A program made the position numbers and the translations under genes. A stretch of 64,000 nt of DNA. Origin: Nitrospira sp. Lineage in GTDB: Bacteria; Nitrospirota; Nitrospiria; Nitrospirales; Nitrospiraceae. The notes beneath the pieces were generated by a model that saw nothing but the letters and a program-made list of their open reading frames with translations, did not search any database and was not told where the DNA came from. Every line of letters begins with the position of its first letter. Within the stretch, counting starts at the first letter, position 1. This document shows, in pieces, positions 29,852-40,286 of the stretch. The stretch lies in contig AP038806.1 of NCBI GenBank assembly GCA_047150005.1, forward strand, positions 736,001 to 800,000, in the 5' to 3' direction.

Positions 29852-30613
29852 TCACAACGGAACTCCTTGCTTCTGCGCGATGAAATGCGGCCAGAGGTCG
29901 ACGCACATGATCGGCAGACTGAAGGGCGTGAGCGGCCAAAGAACCCGGCGCTGTCCCGCAACGATCCTGGACCGTTCAAATCCGACCGAGCGAAGCTGCC
30001 TGAGGGTCCGGAGAGGGGTACTGATGTAGCAGTCGAACGGAACATCCTCCACTCCTGCGCTATACCACCGCCGAGCCAGCGCCCCGCTGCGAAGCAATGA
30101 AAGAAATCGTCCACCTTTCCAATGCGCCGGGAACAGCAGGTAGGGCAACCAGTTGTGGGACGACAACACAGCCGTTCCCCCTGGCTTCAGCACGCGCAGG
30201 ATTTCTTTCATCGCTTGCAACCGGCGTGATTCGGGAAGGATACAGTCGATTCCGTTGAAGGAGAACAGCACGTAATCGAATGCGTCGTTCGGGAACCCAA
30301 TCTCACAGGCATCCATGACACGGTAGTCGATATCGGGACGCGCGACGCGGGCGCCAGCGATCATTCGCTCAACGATGTCGGCGCCGACTACATCGTATCC
30401 GCGATCCTTTAACGCGACCGTGGTCCGTCCATAGCCACAACCCAAATCGAGCACCTTTCGTCCCGGTAGAAAATAGCGGGCAACGATGTCCGCTTCATAT
30501 CGAAGATCGCATGTGCGGTACCACGTCGATTCTGCGACGCTGTCGGAACCGAAGGCTTGGTTGCTCTTTTGCTGATGGTCGATCTGACCTTCCCCGTCCC
30601 GTGTCAGCACCAT
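29852..30613 (-). CDS. Class I SAM-dependent methyltransferase
   Basis: VLDLGCGYGR, MDA..I.F...FD and RVLKPGG motifs. Confidence 0.9.
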   Translation of the reverse strand: MVLTRDGEGQIDHQQKSNQAFGSDSVAESTWYRTCDLRYEADIVARYFLPGRKVLDLGCGYGRTTVALKDRGYDVVGADIVERMIAGARVARPDIDYRVMDACEIGFPNDAFDYVLFSFNGIDCILPESRRLQAMKEILRVLKPGGTAVLSSHNWLPYLLFPAHWKGGRFLSLLRSGALARRWYSAGVEDVPFDCYISTPLRTLRQLRSVGFERSRIVAGQRRVLWPLTPFSLPIMCVDLWPHFIAQKQGVPL

Positions 30614-30658
30614 GTCTCCGCTCCTCGTCCCGTCTCCACAAGACCTTTCAATGTCGCC

Positions 30659-31843
30659 TCATAGATACTTCCCGAGAATCCCGATGAATTCCTGCATGCG
30701 GTGGTAGTAGGTATGTTCGCGAAGCGTGCGCGCCTGGCCTGCGCGCGCGACCGCTTTACGCTCCGCGTCATGCTCGAGATAGTGTCCGAGGAGCCCGATG
30801 CACTCCTCCGGATTCCGGTACGCGACTACTTCCTTTCCCGGTGTGAACATGTCGTTGAGATTGTCCTTCCAGTCGGTCAGAAGACACGTTCCAACGCCCG
30901 TCGCTTCGAACAGCCGCATGTTATTGGCGTATGGCGCGACATCGCCGTGATGGTTGAGGGTCAATTTGGACGAGCTGAGACATTGATACATCTGTCGCCC
31001 CCAAGCCTGCCCCATATAATGCCCTCGGATCGGAGATGCGGGAGGCAGATGGTCGATCGACGGGGACCATACTTTGAGTCGCGGGAAGGTTCGGCAGAGA
31101 GTTTCCAACCATCTTGCCCTGCTGCTGTGCACGTCGAAGAAACTACCGATAAAGCTGATGTCCCATTTCTTACCTGGACAGTCGCTAGTGGACAGTACGC
31201 GCGGTTCGAACCCCAACCGGCATAACTCAGTGCGAAGCCCCTTGCGTTGAAAGGTCTCCAGGGTGGCGGGGAATGAGGAGATCATCAGATCGTACCCGCT
31301 GAGATCCTCATCTTCTCGTAACGGTGTGGCTGCATGCTGGCCGACCAGAAACCGAATAGAGGGCTTCAGCTCCTTCATGAAGCGGCCCGGGATGGAATCG
31401 ACGGCTTGATTCAATACCACGTCAGGTTTGTGCTGCTTGATTTGCGCCTTCAGAACATCGAGACAGGGGTCGTGAGCCTGTGTCAGCCGCTCTGCGCGCG
31501 CGCCAAGGTAGGGCTTCAGCCGGCGGGCCGGAGTCTTCGCGACCAGACTTCTGATTCCCTGCAGAAACGATATGATCCGCCGCTGAACCGTCCAGGATTG
31601 ATCGATCTCCAAGCCGCGCTCATGTGCCCAGGCCTGCTGCAGCGCCTCGTTGTTCGCATAGAGGTCGTACGCTTCATGACCAAGCGCGCGCAGATTGCTC
31701 GAGCAAAAGTCGGCCATGCCGTAGAAGCTTTCGGCACGGACCTTCAACTGTTCATCATAGGTCTGCGCTTCCAGACCGGCATGTTCTTGATAGAGCCAGC
31801 GAATGAAGTCAGGATAATCGGCATTGAGAACAAGAAACTTCAT
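30659..31843 (-). CDS. CgeB-family glycosyltransferase
   Basis: DISFIGS, NNMRLFEATG.G, and C-terminal AGQARTLREHTY.HR. Confidence 0.85.
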   Translation of the reverse strand: MKFLVLNADYPDFIRWLYQEHAGLEAQTYDEQLKVRAESFYGMADFCSSNLRALGHEAYDLYANNEALQQAWAHERGLEIDQSWTVQRRIISFLQGIRSLVAKTPARRLKPYLGARAERLTQAHDPCLDVLKAQIKQHKPDVVLNQAVDSIPGRFMKELKPSIRFLVGQHAATPLREDEDLSGYDLMISSFPATLETFQRKGLRTELCRLGFEPRVLSTSDCPGKKWDISFIGSFFDVHSSRARWLETLCRTFPRLKVWSPSIDHLPPASPIRGHYMGQAWGRQMYQCLSSSKLTLNHHGDVAPYANNMRLFEATGVGTCLLTDWKDNLNDMFTPGKEVVAYRNPEECIGLLGHYLEHDAERKAVARAGQARTLREHTYYHRMQEFIGILGKYL

Positions 31844-33051
31844 GCTTCGGCCTTGTCCAGCATGGCTACGAATTGTTCGACTACCACTTCACTCGCGAAC
31901 CTTGATGCGGCATCGTTCGCCGCCTCGATGCGCATGGCAGTGCGACGCTTCGCCTCCATCAATCGAACGGCTGCCTTGATTAATTCCTCGACGTCGAGAT
32001 AGGGAACCAGCACGCCGGTCCGTCCGCTGTTCACGACATCGTGGTTGCCGCCGACATCGAACGAGATCATCGGTACCCCGCACGCCTGAGCTTCAAGAAT
32101 GGCCATGCCGAAATTTTCGATCAGCGTCGGCGATATCCCGAACGAGCAGGTCTTCACGATACCCAGATTTTCCTTGTAGCTGACCTGACCAGGGGCATAA
32201 AGCCTCGCGTTCTGAGGACGCGAGCGCAGTTCGTACTCGAGAGATGAACCGATGGGTCCGGAGAGATAGAATCCGATGGCCTCAGGTCTGTAGGACGACA
32301 GTCTTCTGATGATTTCGCACACGAATTGCGAGCCCTTGTAGGCGCTTCCTGCCGAAGGGATGTAGACTAATAAGGCGTCCTTCGGAAGACCAAGCGCCTC
32401 TCGAACATCATTGGCCGAAACGGACGCAATCATTTCCATATCGATCATGTTGGGGATAACCGTGACCGTCCCGTCATAGGCATAGGTCTTCATGAACGTG
32501 TCATGCATGTAATGCGATGGGCAAACCACGGCGTCGATCTTCCTCAGCGCCAGATTCTCGAGGGCGATCGTCCATCTCACATCACGCTCGGAATGAAGTC
32601 CCCAGAGAGGGTTTCCCAAGAATCGCGCCGGGTTATGGTGCGACACCAGGATTGTCCGGCAATGATCGGGCTTGCGTATGCAGAGGGCAGGACATCCGTG
32701 ATCGGAGAAAATGAGCACATCCGGCCGAAACCTCCGGATCTGTCGATTGAGCTTGCTGCAGGGCCAAGCGAACGCCACGACTTCGGCAAAGTGGTACGCG
32801 ATTTTTGACGGATCCACTATCCGAAAGTAGAGTCCTATCACTCGTTCGAGCGCCTTCGACAGGAACGGATGCGCCCCCCGGCGAACGATGTCTCTCTCCT
32901 CCAGAGCGACATCATAGTCTGCGAAGGTGTACATGCGTACGTCGAATCCTCTTCTTTTCAAAGCGCGATAGAGATTGTATTGGGCGTGGGACACTCCTCC
33001 GGAACCGGCCGGAGGGCATGAACTCGATACGATGGCGATTCGTTTAGGCAT
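31840..33051 (-). CDS. Glycosyltransferase family 4
   Basis: PP..SGG, YKG and ENFGMAILEAQACG motifs. Confidence 0.9.
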   Translation of the reverse strand: MPKRIAIVSSSCPPAGSGGVSHAQYNLYRALKRRGFDVRMYTFADYDVALEERDIVRRGAHPFLSKALERVIGLYFRIVDPSKIAYHFAEVVAFAWPCSKLNRQIRRFRPDVLIFSDHGCPALCIRKPDHCRTILVSHHNPARFLGNPLWGLHSERDVRWTIALENLALRKIDAVVCPSHYMHDTFMKTYAYDGTVTVIPNMIDMEMIASVSANDVREALGLPKDALLVYIPSAGSAYKGSQFVCEIIRRLSSYRPEAIGFYLSGPIGSSLEYELRSRPQNARLYAPGQVSYKENLGIVKTCSFGISPTLIENFGMAILEAQACGVPMISFDVGGNHDVVNSGRTGVLVPYLDVEELIKAAVRLMEAKRRTAMRIEAANDAASRFASEVVVEQFVAMLDKAEA

Positions 33052-34069
33052 GCTGCTTCTGCCGGATTCCGCATTTGATCAGCAATTTGACAAACTGCAT
33101 CCAGGTCAACCCCGTGTCAGATCGAAACGGCGATTCCAGGAATTTTCGCGCGGTCCGAATCCCCAACGGTGTCGCTCCACCGCACACGGCGGCCCACCGG
33201 TGCCCGAGGACTTGCGCAAAGGCCCGCGGCTCATATAGCCCGGTGACCTCATTGGCATTCTTGAGTTTGGACAACCAGGTGTGCGCGGCGTCGATGAAAC
33301 CCCACTCCGCTTCGAACTGCCAGGTACTCAATGCCTGATGAAGGTCCAATTCGTCAGCCGCCGGAAGAATTCCCAGGTGCTCCAATTGGTCCTTGCGGAT
33401 ACGCCTCGCTGAAGCATGCTTTTCATTCTCATACCTTCTGACTATCTGCTGCGGATGAAGCCGATATTTCAACAACACGTTCGGGATGTTGGCGAGAGCC
33501 GTATGCCGTGACGCCCGCACCCAGAGGTCATAGTCTTCGGCGTGTAGACGAGCCGCATCATAGGAAAGCCCCGCCTTGGACAACACGTCCCTGCGCATCA
33601 CGACGGAAGGATGGGGCAGGACCGATTCGAATAGGAGCCAGCTGCGTATAGCGGGGTCGTCGGTGGGGAGAGGGACGGTTCTTCGCGTGAGACCATCGAA
33701 TGTTTCGATCCACGCCCCGCAGATCCCTACATGGCGATTCGCGCTCATGAAGGCGATCTGTATCGCCAGTCTTTCGGGAAGACTGATATCGTCTTGATCC
33801 ATCCGGGCGATATACTCCCCCCGGACCAATTCCAGTCCGCGGTTGAGCGTTGCGATCAGGCCTTCGTTGCCTTGTTCATATGCGCGGACGCGTCGATCCG
33901 CCCGTCGATGCCGTTCAATGATCTTCGAAGTACCGTCGGTGGATCCGTCATTGATAATGATCAATTCCAAATCATCCAGGGTCTGGCTCATGATGCTTCG
34001 GATGGCCTCATCCAGATACCGTTCACCATTGTAGACGGGCATGAGCACGCTCACGCAGGGAGTCGGCAT
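33044..34069 (-). CDS. Glycosyltransferase family 2
   Basis: SVLMPVYN, NDGSTD, ARMDQDD, HPSV and EDYDLW motifs. Confidence 0.92.
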   Translation of the reverse strand: MPTPCVSVLMPVYNGERYLDEAIRSIMSQTLDDLELIIINDGSTDGTSKIIERHRRADRRVRAYEQGNEGLIATLNRGLELVRGEYIARMDQDDISLPERLAIQIAFMSANRHVGICGAWIETFDGLTRRTVPLPTDDPAIRSWLLFESVLPHPSVVMRRDVLSKAGLSYDAARLHAEDYDLWVRASRHTALANIPNVLLKYRLHPQQIVRRYENEKHASARRIRKDQLEHLGILPAADELDLHQALSTWQFEAEWGFIDAAHTWLSKLKNANEVTGLYEPRAFAQVLGHRWAAVCGGATPLGIRTARKFLESPFRSDTGLTWMQFVKLLIKCGIRQKQHA

Positions 34070-34071
34070 GG

Positions 34072-35259
34072 CTATCCCACCTCCTGCGTGCGACCTGGAC
34101 GGACCTCCAGGCTCATGCGAATGTTGGAAGCACTCACCGGTAACCCCATCTTCCGGAAAATGTCCTGAAAGCGATGAGCGTACGTATGCTCTCGCATGGT
34201 TCGGTCGTATCCGGCGCGCGCAATCGCGGCGCGTTCGTCCTCATGCTTCAGGTAATAGCGGATCTTCGCAATCAGATCGTCCAGATGATCGAAGGTGACG
34301 ACCTCTGTGCCGTCGTCATAGTATTGGTCGAGATTATCGGCCCGTCCTGTCAGCAGGAATCCGCCGCATCCCGGCACTTCAAAGTTACGCCCCTTGATCT
34401 GTTCGGAGTAACTCAGGCCGACAGTGCGGCATGGCTCAGACGCCGCTCGCGCAATTTCAGGGCTGTTGGACTGCTTCAACCAGGCCTTACCCCGTGACTT
34501 CACTCGAGAACCTAGCGGGATCATGTCCAACAAGCGGGAAATTCGGCTACGGGTCCTCTTTGTCGGCGCAGGGACATCATTCTCCCCTGCCGTATTCGCG
34601 GGAATCGAGGCGTTGGCGAGATTGAGATTCACTCGGCTCCGGCTGAAAATACGGATCAACTCTTCTTGAGACACGCGACCGGATTCCCAGCCGCTTCCCC
34701 ACACCCTCACTCTGATCCCGGCCTTACGGATTGCCTCAATCACCTGCGGCCGATTGCCGTGGGGTTGCCCGACAAAAGTGACGTCGTATTGCATCGGTAA
34801 TTCGGGCTTTCGGTACGAATAGTGATTGCACCCCCATTGGCTCTTGATGACGTGGTCGAACCCTAGAGCGGCATATTTCGGCAATGCGCTGAGCGCCGTG
34901 GTCACGACCCAGGTAAAACACGATGCCCAGTGTCGGGAGAAATCATCAAACCGCCAGTGATCATCGCAGAACCAGTTGAGCGTGGTCGTCCGCTCTTTCA
35001 CTTGCCGCAGCACAGCCGGGTCGAATTCATCCTTAAACAGCACGGCCATCATCAGCTCAGGCTGTTCCGACCGAACCGCTTCGAGCAACCGACGGTTCAT
35101 CCATTCCCGTCCATGTTTCTGCGCGAGCGTCATGTAGTCGAAATACACGATGTCGTGCCCCATATGAACGAGTGAATCATAGAAGTTGTGATGCTCAAAG
35201 CCGTATCCTTGCTCCGGGCGGCCATAGTCATATTTCATCGCTGTGTACAGAATACGCAT
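34072..35259 (-). CDS. CgeB-family glycosyltransferase
   Basis: NWFCDD.W, YDVTFVG, KGRNFEVPGCGGF and EHTYAHR motifs. Confidence 0.85.
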   Translation of the reverse strand: MRILYTAMKYDYGRPEQGYGFEHHNFYDSLVHMGHDIVYFDYMTLAQKHGREWMNRRLLEAVRSEQPELMMAVLFKDEFDPAVLRQVKERTTTLNWFCDDHWRFDDFSRHWASCFTWVVTTALSALPKYAALGFDHVIKSQWGCNHYSYRKPELPMQYDVTFVGQPHGNRPQVIEAIRKAGIRVRVWGSGWESGRVSQEELIRIFSRSRVNLNLANASIPANTAGENDVPAPTKRTRSRISRLLDMIPLGSRVKSRGKAWLKQSNSPEIARAASEPCRTVGLSYSEQIKGRNFEVPGCGGFLLTGRADNLDQYYDDGTEVVTFDHLDDLIAKIRYYLKHEDERAAIARAGYDRTMREHTYAHRFQDIFRKMGLPVSASNIRMSLEVRPGRTQEVG

Positions 35260-35296
35260 ACAAGCACCCTCTGATTTTCGCGCAAGGATCCGACGG

Positions 35297-36007
35297 CTAC
35301 GGCAATCGATACAGCAAGGTCATGCCGGGCAGCCCTGTTTGAGACGAAAGCACCCGGTAGCGCCGAGGGGCAGCGGCCAGCGCATCCACAATGGCTCGAT
35401 ACGGCCCGATGTTGTATCCAGATTCAGCGGATTGGAAGAACGTATCGTGTAACAGAATGTGGGCGTTGGGCATGCATGCCATCACGCCGGTTAGGTCGCA
35501 CATCACGGATTCATACTGATGGTCTCCGTCTATGAATACCACCGACGGGACAGTCGTGCTGAGACGGGCGCTGATCTCGCGGCATACCCCAAGCCCATCG
35601 CCCTGATACAAACGTACCCCGCTCAAGCCAGTTACGAGTTCCCCACGTCGTTTACCAGGATGCTCTTGATGCGCCGAAGGATCGGGGAGGTCAATGGAGT
35701 GAACGGTGACATTCAAACCAAAATGTCTGGCCGTTTCATAGAACACTCTGGCGGACTTCCCGAGATGAGTCCCCCATTCCACAATATGATCCGGCTTGAA
35801 CCGGCAGACGGTGGCCACCATCAGGGACAGCTCATTGAGCGGGAATGGGTGCACTCCAACGACGGGCACCAGTGTGTCGACGACAAAACTCGAGATGGTC
35901 CAATTATCTACCTCGAATTCGCTGCAGTGAATGTTCATGGCAGGATCGCGGAAGCTTGAGTACGACGGATTTGACGGGAAGCCCAGAAGTTGTTTCAGGC
36001 TACGCAT
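35297..36007 (-). CDS. Class I SAM-dependent methyltransferase (Methyltransf_24/CmcI-like)
   Basis: IVEWGTHLGKS, SIDL, FIDGDH.Y and LLHDT motifs. The start is uncertain; 36007 was chosen for its short overlap with the upstream gene. Confidence 0.8.
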   Translation of the reverse strand: MRSLKQLLGFPSNPSYSSFRDPAMNIHCSEFEVDNWTISSFVVDTLVPVVGVHPFPLNELSLMVATVCRFKPDHIVEWGTHLGKSARVFYETARHFGLNVTVHSIDLPDPSAHQEHPGKRRGELVTGLSGVRLYQGDGLGVCREISARLSTTVPSVVFIDGDHQYESVMCDLTGVMACMPNAHILLHDTFFQSAESGYNIGPYRAIVDALAAAPRRYRVLSSQTGLPGMTLLYRLP

Positions 36008-37352
36008 GCGCAACGACCTTTCTGAACACTCCTTCATACTGGTCCGCAATCTTCTCCCACGTAAAGCGGTCCGCCCAGTTCCGTTTTCCGGCCGCGCCTA
36101 ATCGCTCAAGTTTCGTCCTGTCATGGGCTAACCGTGACCACTGCGCCGCAAACAGCGCAGGATCCACCTCGGTATATCCCCGATTGTCCTGAGACGCCGG
36201 ACAGATCACGCCTGCACCGGTCCACTCGGCGATTTCGGACGCGTTTCCCACCGGAACGGAGAGAAAGGGAGTGCCGGCAGCGGCTGATTCAAACAGCACG
36301 AGGGGGGAATATTCGACGTGAGACGCGAAAACAAAGAGATCCGCATTGACATATGCCTGCACCAGCTCAGACCGGGAGAAATCCGTCACCAACACGCGTT
36401 TCCTGCTTTCCTGCGCATGGATCTGCTTAATGATCTCCTGTAATTCTTTACGGAACGTAACAACGCCAAGGCTGGTACCTGCCGCATATCTACCCAGACG
36501 CACCCCTGCTTTGTTGAGCAAGCCATGAACAACATGCTTACCCGCAGATGGAAGACCTTCGGCTCGATAGATGTCATTTATCACGCGAATATATTCCCTC
36601 GCCTTCCCCGCCATGACTTCCAGCGCCGAACTGTTTGTTGCGTATCCTCCTTCGTTCCCATTCAGGAAGAGGGTGGCTGGTTGGCCGGCCAGATCTACGG
36701 ACAAGAATGATTTGGCCACGTCAAGATGCCCTTTCGCCCTGCCAAGGCTCCCCACTGTGAGAAACAACAGATCATCCGAACCGATCTCATGTCGTTGCCT
36801 GAACGACGCGTCAGCCGCTACAGAAAACTCGACCTCGCTTGCCCCATTTGGGATGATCGAGTAACTCTTGACGCCATGCCTACTTGCAAAATTGATATCC
36901 CGATAATTTGAAGCGTAAAAGATGAGATGGTCAAACTGACGGAGAATTGCCGGCAAGCGCTCAAAATATTCTCCATAGGCTGGCTCATACAGCCCGGAAA
37001 ATCCGCACGGGATGAACACTTTCCCCGCCTCGATGTCTGCCAGCACCGGCCATAAGGCGTCAAACGTCCATTGCTGAGCCGCCTTGACCATCACGATATC
37101 GAAAGCCCCGGTCGTCACGAACCGCCGATACCGCGTGACATCGCCCTTCATCCCTTTCGCGAGATTTCCCGAAATCGAGAATTCTTGAACCTTCACGCCA
37201 TGTAGCTCACTGAACCCGCGGGATCGGATCGCCGTGGTTGCGATGGTCACGGAATGCCCGCGCGTCACCAACCGCTGGGCGAGTTGCTTCATGACCTCTT
37301 GAACCCCGCCGACGGTCGGCGCATAAAATTCGCAGCAGAACAAGATGTTCAT
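36000..37352 (-). CDS. Glycosyltransferase family 4
   Basis: Y.P.VGGV, AKGH and SHVEYSPLVLFESAAAG motifs. Confidence 0.88.
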   Translation of the reverse strand: MNILFCCEFYAPTVGGVQEVMKQLAQRLVTRGHSVTIATTAIRSRGFSELHGVKVQEFSISGNLAKGMKGDVTRYRRFVTTGAFDIVMVKAAQQWTFDALWPVLADIEAGKVFIPCGFSGLYEPAYGEYFERLPAILRQFDHLIFYASNYRDINFASRHGVKSYSIIPNGASEVEFSVAADASFRQRHEIGSDDLLFLTVGSLGRAKGHLDVAKSFLSVDLAGQPATLFLNGNEGGYATNSSALEVMAGKAREYIRVINDIYRAEGLPSAGKHVVHGLLNKAGVRLGRYAAGTSLGVVTFRKELQEIIKQIHAQESRKRVLVTDFSRSELVQAYVNADLFVFASHVEYSPLVLFESAAAGTPFLSVPVGNASEIAEWTGAGVICPASQDNRGYTEVDPALFAAQWSRLAHDRTKLERLGAAGKRNWADRFTWEKIADQYEGVFRKVVAHA

Positions 37353-38308
37353 CTCGTCCCGTTTCTCAACTCCATCCAGAGATTCCTATTTCCAACAAAC
37401 CACTCCCATGTTCGTTGGATTCCCTCATGAAAAGGGACGCGCATGCGCCAATCCGTATCAGCGCGAAGCCTGGCACTGTCCAACACATTGGCTTCGACGT
37501 CGAATTTTCGAGGAGGCAGGGTTGTAATCCGCAATGGAATATTGAGCGATTCGGCATAGGGAGCCAGCTCGTCGAGAATCTCCCTATTGTTTCTACCTTC
37601 CCCGCTCCCAATATTGTATGTGGCCCCTGGTTGGCCGCGATCTAACGCCGCCACAATGCCGTCGGCCACGTTTTCAACGTGAATGTAGTCCCGAATCGTC
37701 CCATTCGCCCCATATATCGTGATTTCTTTCCGGTTCAGAATTGCGGCGATCGCTGCTGCGATGAACCCTTGTCCGACGAAAGGGTTTTGGTGCTCGCCGA
37801 ACGCATTGGCCGGTCGAACAATGACGATCGGCAGTTCTTTCAGTCGATAAAACATCTGTGCATATTTTTCGATGGCGAGCTTGGTCACGCCGTAGGGAGA
37901 GATCGGGTCGGTCCTGTGGTCTTCGCTGAGCGGCAGCCCGCGCGCGGGACCATATACAGTGCCGCCGGATGAGATCACGACAAGCTTCTGAATCGCATAG
38001 TCGCTGGCTGTTTCAAACAGACCCACCGCTGCTGGCAGGTTGCTCAAAATGTCCCGGATCGGATCATCAAAGCTGGTGCTTGGAACGCTTGAATAGGACA
38101 GGTTGACAAGGGCATCGACGCCAATCAGAACCTTCCGCAGCGTATCCTTGCGACCGTAATCCCCGAGAACGTACCTGGCAGCCTTCGGTAGCTGGGTTGG
38201 CGCCGGCTGGGTGTCGAGTATCGTGACCCGTCTGCCTTGTGATAGCAGAGCGGCGGTGACATGCGCACCGATGAATCCTCCGCCTCCGATAAGACAAATG
38301 TGGTTCAT
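37349..38308 (-). CDS. NAD-dependent nucleotide-sugar epimerase/dehydratase
   Basis: IGGGGFIG, SSGGTVYG, YGVTK (YxxxK), RDYIHV and YNIGSG motifs. Start trimmed to 38308. Confidence 0.92.
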   Translation of the reverse strand: MNHICLIGGGGFIGAHVTAALLSQGRRVTILDTQPAPTQLPKAARYVLGDYGRKDTLRKVLIGVDALVNLSYSSVPSTSFDDPIRDILSNLPAAVGLFETASDYAIQKLVVISSGGTVYGPARGLPLSEDHRTDPISPYGVTKLAIEKYAQMFYRLKELPIVIVRPANAFGEHQNPFVGQGFIAAAIAAILNRKEITIYGANGTIRDYIHVENVADGIVAALDRGQPGATYNIGSGEGRNNREILDELAPYAESLNIPLRITTLPPRKFDVEANVLDSARLRADTDWRMRVPFHEGIQRTWEWFVGNRNLWMELRNGTR

Positions 38309-38331
38309 GGTCGTGGAAAGTCCCGCAACGG

Positions 38332-39336
38332 TCATCGCCAGCCTGAGACAAACCGCCCGAATGTCGCTGATATGTCCCTGATGGTACGACGAACCCCCTG
38401 CCCGCTCTTGAATCGGCGGTAATGAGGCCTGAGTCCGGCAAGTTGAGCTTGGGCTCTCCGTCTGAGGAGGGAGGAACTCACCCCACATGAGGCGGTTACC
38501 CTGTCGGCCATGTCAAACACCAGGCGCGAGATCGCGCTCCAGCGAACGCGAGGATCAACCCTCGAATAGGCCGCATGATTGAGCGCCGCCACATCAGCGA
38601 TCGTCCCTCCACCTGCGCCGTCGTTCAACAGCCACCGCATATTCTCCACACTGATGTCGATGACTCGATTGCGGAACGGAGATGCGCCATCCCGGGACAT
38701 GCTCGTCGGGATCTCCCGATAGATATGAAGGATCTCGGGGATATTCGCGACATCCCATTCCCTAGCGAGTCTCGACCACAACTCATAATCCTCGGGTGGT
38801 TGCCGATCGGGATCCGTCGAATACAGCCCGACGGTTTTCACGGCGGATTTTCTCAGCATGACCGAGCTATGCACGAACGGGTTGTCAAACAGGAGGTCGA
38901 ACTTCAAGAGACTATTCTCCGACGCATGCCTGTGGACTCTTCCAGTCGCCTCGGTTCCGGTCACAATCTCCGCCCACGTGCCGACCAGCCCGCAATGCGG
39001 GTGAGAATTCATGTACGCCACTTGATTCTCCAGCCTCTGCGGCAAGGACACATCATCCTGGTCTTGCCTCGCCAGATAGTTTCCCCTGGACAGTTCGATG
39101 GCACGATTGAGCGTCTCGGCCAACCCCTGGTTTTCCTGACGATAGGCTCGGATTCTGGAATCCTGAAATGCACGGATGACCTCGGCGGATCGATCTGTCG
39201 ATCCATCGTCGATGACAATCAGTTCAAAGTCTGCAAAGGACTGTGACAGCATACTTTCGATTGCGGCGCGTAAATACTTGTCGCCGTTGTAAACCGGAAG
39301 CAGCACGCTCACCAATGGAGTTTCGGAATCAGCCAT
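38332..39336 (-). CDS. Glycosyltransferase family 2
   Basis: SVLLPVYN, DDGSTD, ARQDQDD and EDYELW motifs. Confidence 0.92.
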   Translation of the reverse strand: MADSETPLVSVLLPVYNGDKYLRAAIESMLSQSFADFELIVIDDGSTDRSAEVIRAFQDSRIRAYRQENQGLAETLNRAIELSRGNYLARQDQDDVSLPQRLENQVAYMNSHPHCGLVGTWAEIVTGTEATGRVHRHASENSLLKFDLLFDNPFVHSSVMLRKSAVKTVGLYSTDPDRQPPEDYELWSRLAREWDVANIPEILHIYREIPTSMSRDGASPFRNRVIDISVENMRWLLNDGAGGGTIADVAALNHAAYSRVDPRVRWSAISRLVFDMADRVTASCGVSSSLLRRRAQAQLAGLRPHYRRFKSGQGVRRTIRDISATFGRFVSGWR

Positions 39337-39407
39337 GCCTCACATCCGCCTCCTCTCCCGGTGAACCTGCGGCCGGCCTTGCCTGTCACGGCCCAACCAA
39401 CCGTCCG

Positions 39408-40151
39408 TCACAGTCGTCTCGCTTCGACGAGATACCCGACCGTAAACTCCTCCACGAACACGTCTTTTTCCAATCGAGCCAGACGTCGTGGCAACCAATA
39501 CAGGAGAATCAGTCGTGTGAGGAGCGAAAGGTGTTGCGGCGCTTTGGAGGCGATCATCCGTCCCACTCTGTAGATTTCTTGCCCCACATGTTTGAGCAAT
39601 CCTCCAATGGGACGAATCTCTACGATTTCAAAATTGGATTGCGCCAGGACCCGTTGATAAAAGTACGGCGTGTACCCCCCGTAATAGTGAAACGGCTGTT
39701 GATGCAGCCCGCTTCCTAAGGGCGCTGTCAGGAAAAGCCTTCCGCCTCTGACGAGGATACGACCAAATTCCGCCACCGCAGCCATGGGCTCCGGCACATG
39801 TTCGAGAACCTCCGTGCACAAGACCGCGTCAAAGGATTTGTCGGGAACCGGAATCGCGTTGATGTCACACACGTAATCGATATCGCCGTAGTTCCAGCGC
39901 TCCTTTTCCGAAGCCGACGCAGAACCATGGTAGCCGGCAAAATCCTGCGTCTTATAGTCGCAATGGCCGAACAACTTACGATATGGGCATTGTCCCGCTC
40001 CCACATCCAGAACCTTTGAGCAGTTCTGTAGAGACGCCGCTTTTTCAGCCACCCAATTCTCACGAGCATAGGCCCCGAAATTTACGATGGTTTCCATATA
40101 TTGAGAACGCTCCGCGACACCTGCCGTCGTGATCACACGAATCATTTCCAT
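39408..40151 (-). CDS. Class I SAM-dependent methyltransferase
   Basis: VLDVGAG..PY, FDAVLCTEVLEHVPEP and HQQP.HYYGG motifs. Start at 40151 or 40097. Confidence 0.88.
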   Translation of the reverse strand: MEMIRVITTAGVAERSQYMETIVNFGAYARENWVAEKAASLQNCSKVLDVGAGQCPYRKLFGHCDYKTQDFAGYHGSASASEKERWNYGDIDYVCDINAIPVPDKSFDAVLCTEVLEHVPEPMAAVAEFGRILVRGGRLFLTAPLGSGLHQQPFHYYGGYTPYFYQRVLAQSNFEIVEIRPIGGLLKHVGQEIYRVGRMIASKAPQHLSLLTRLILLYWLPRRLARLEKDVFVEEFTVGYLVEARRL

Positions 40152-40286
40152 GAACCCGCCGCCAATGCTCGTATGCCTATGCAAATTCCGTTCGTCGCTG
40201 ATCATGACTCTTGATTGAACGGGCCCTGTTGACCATCGCCGCATGTCTGGGCTACCCCATGACGAATGTTGCACCTCAAGATTTTC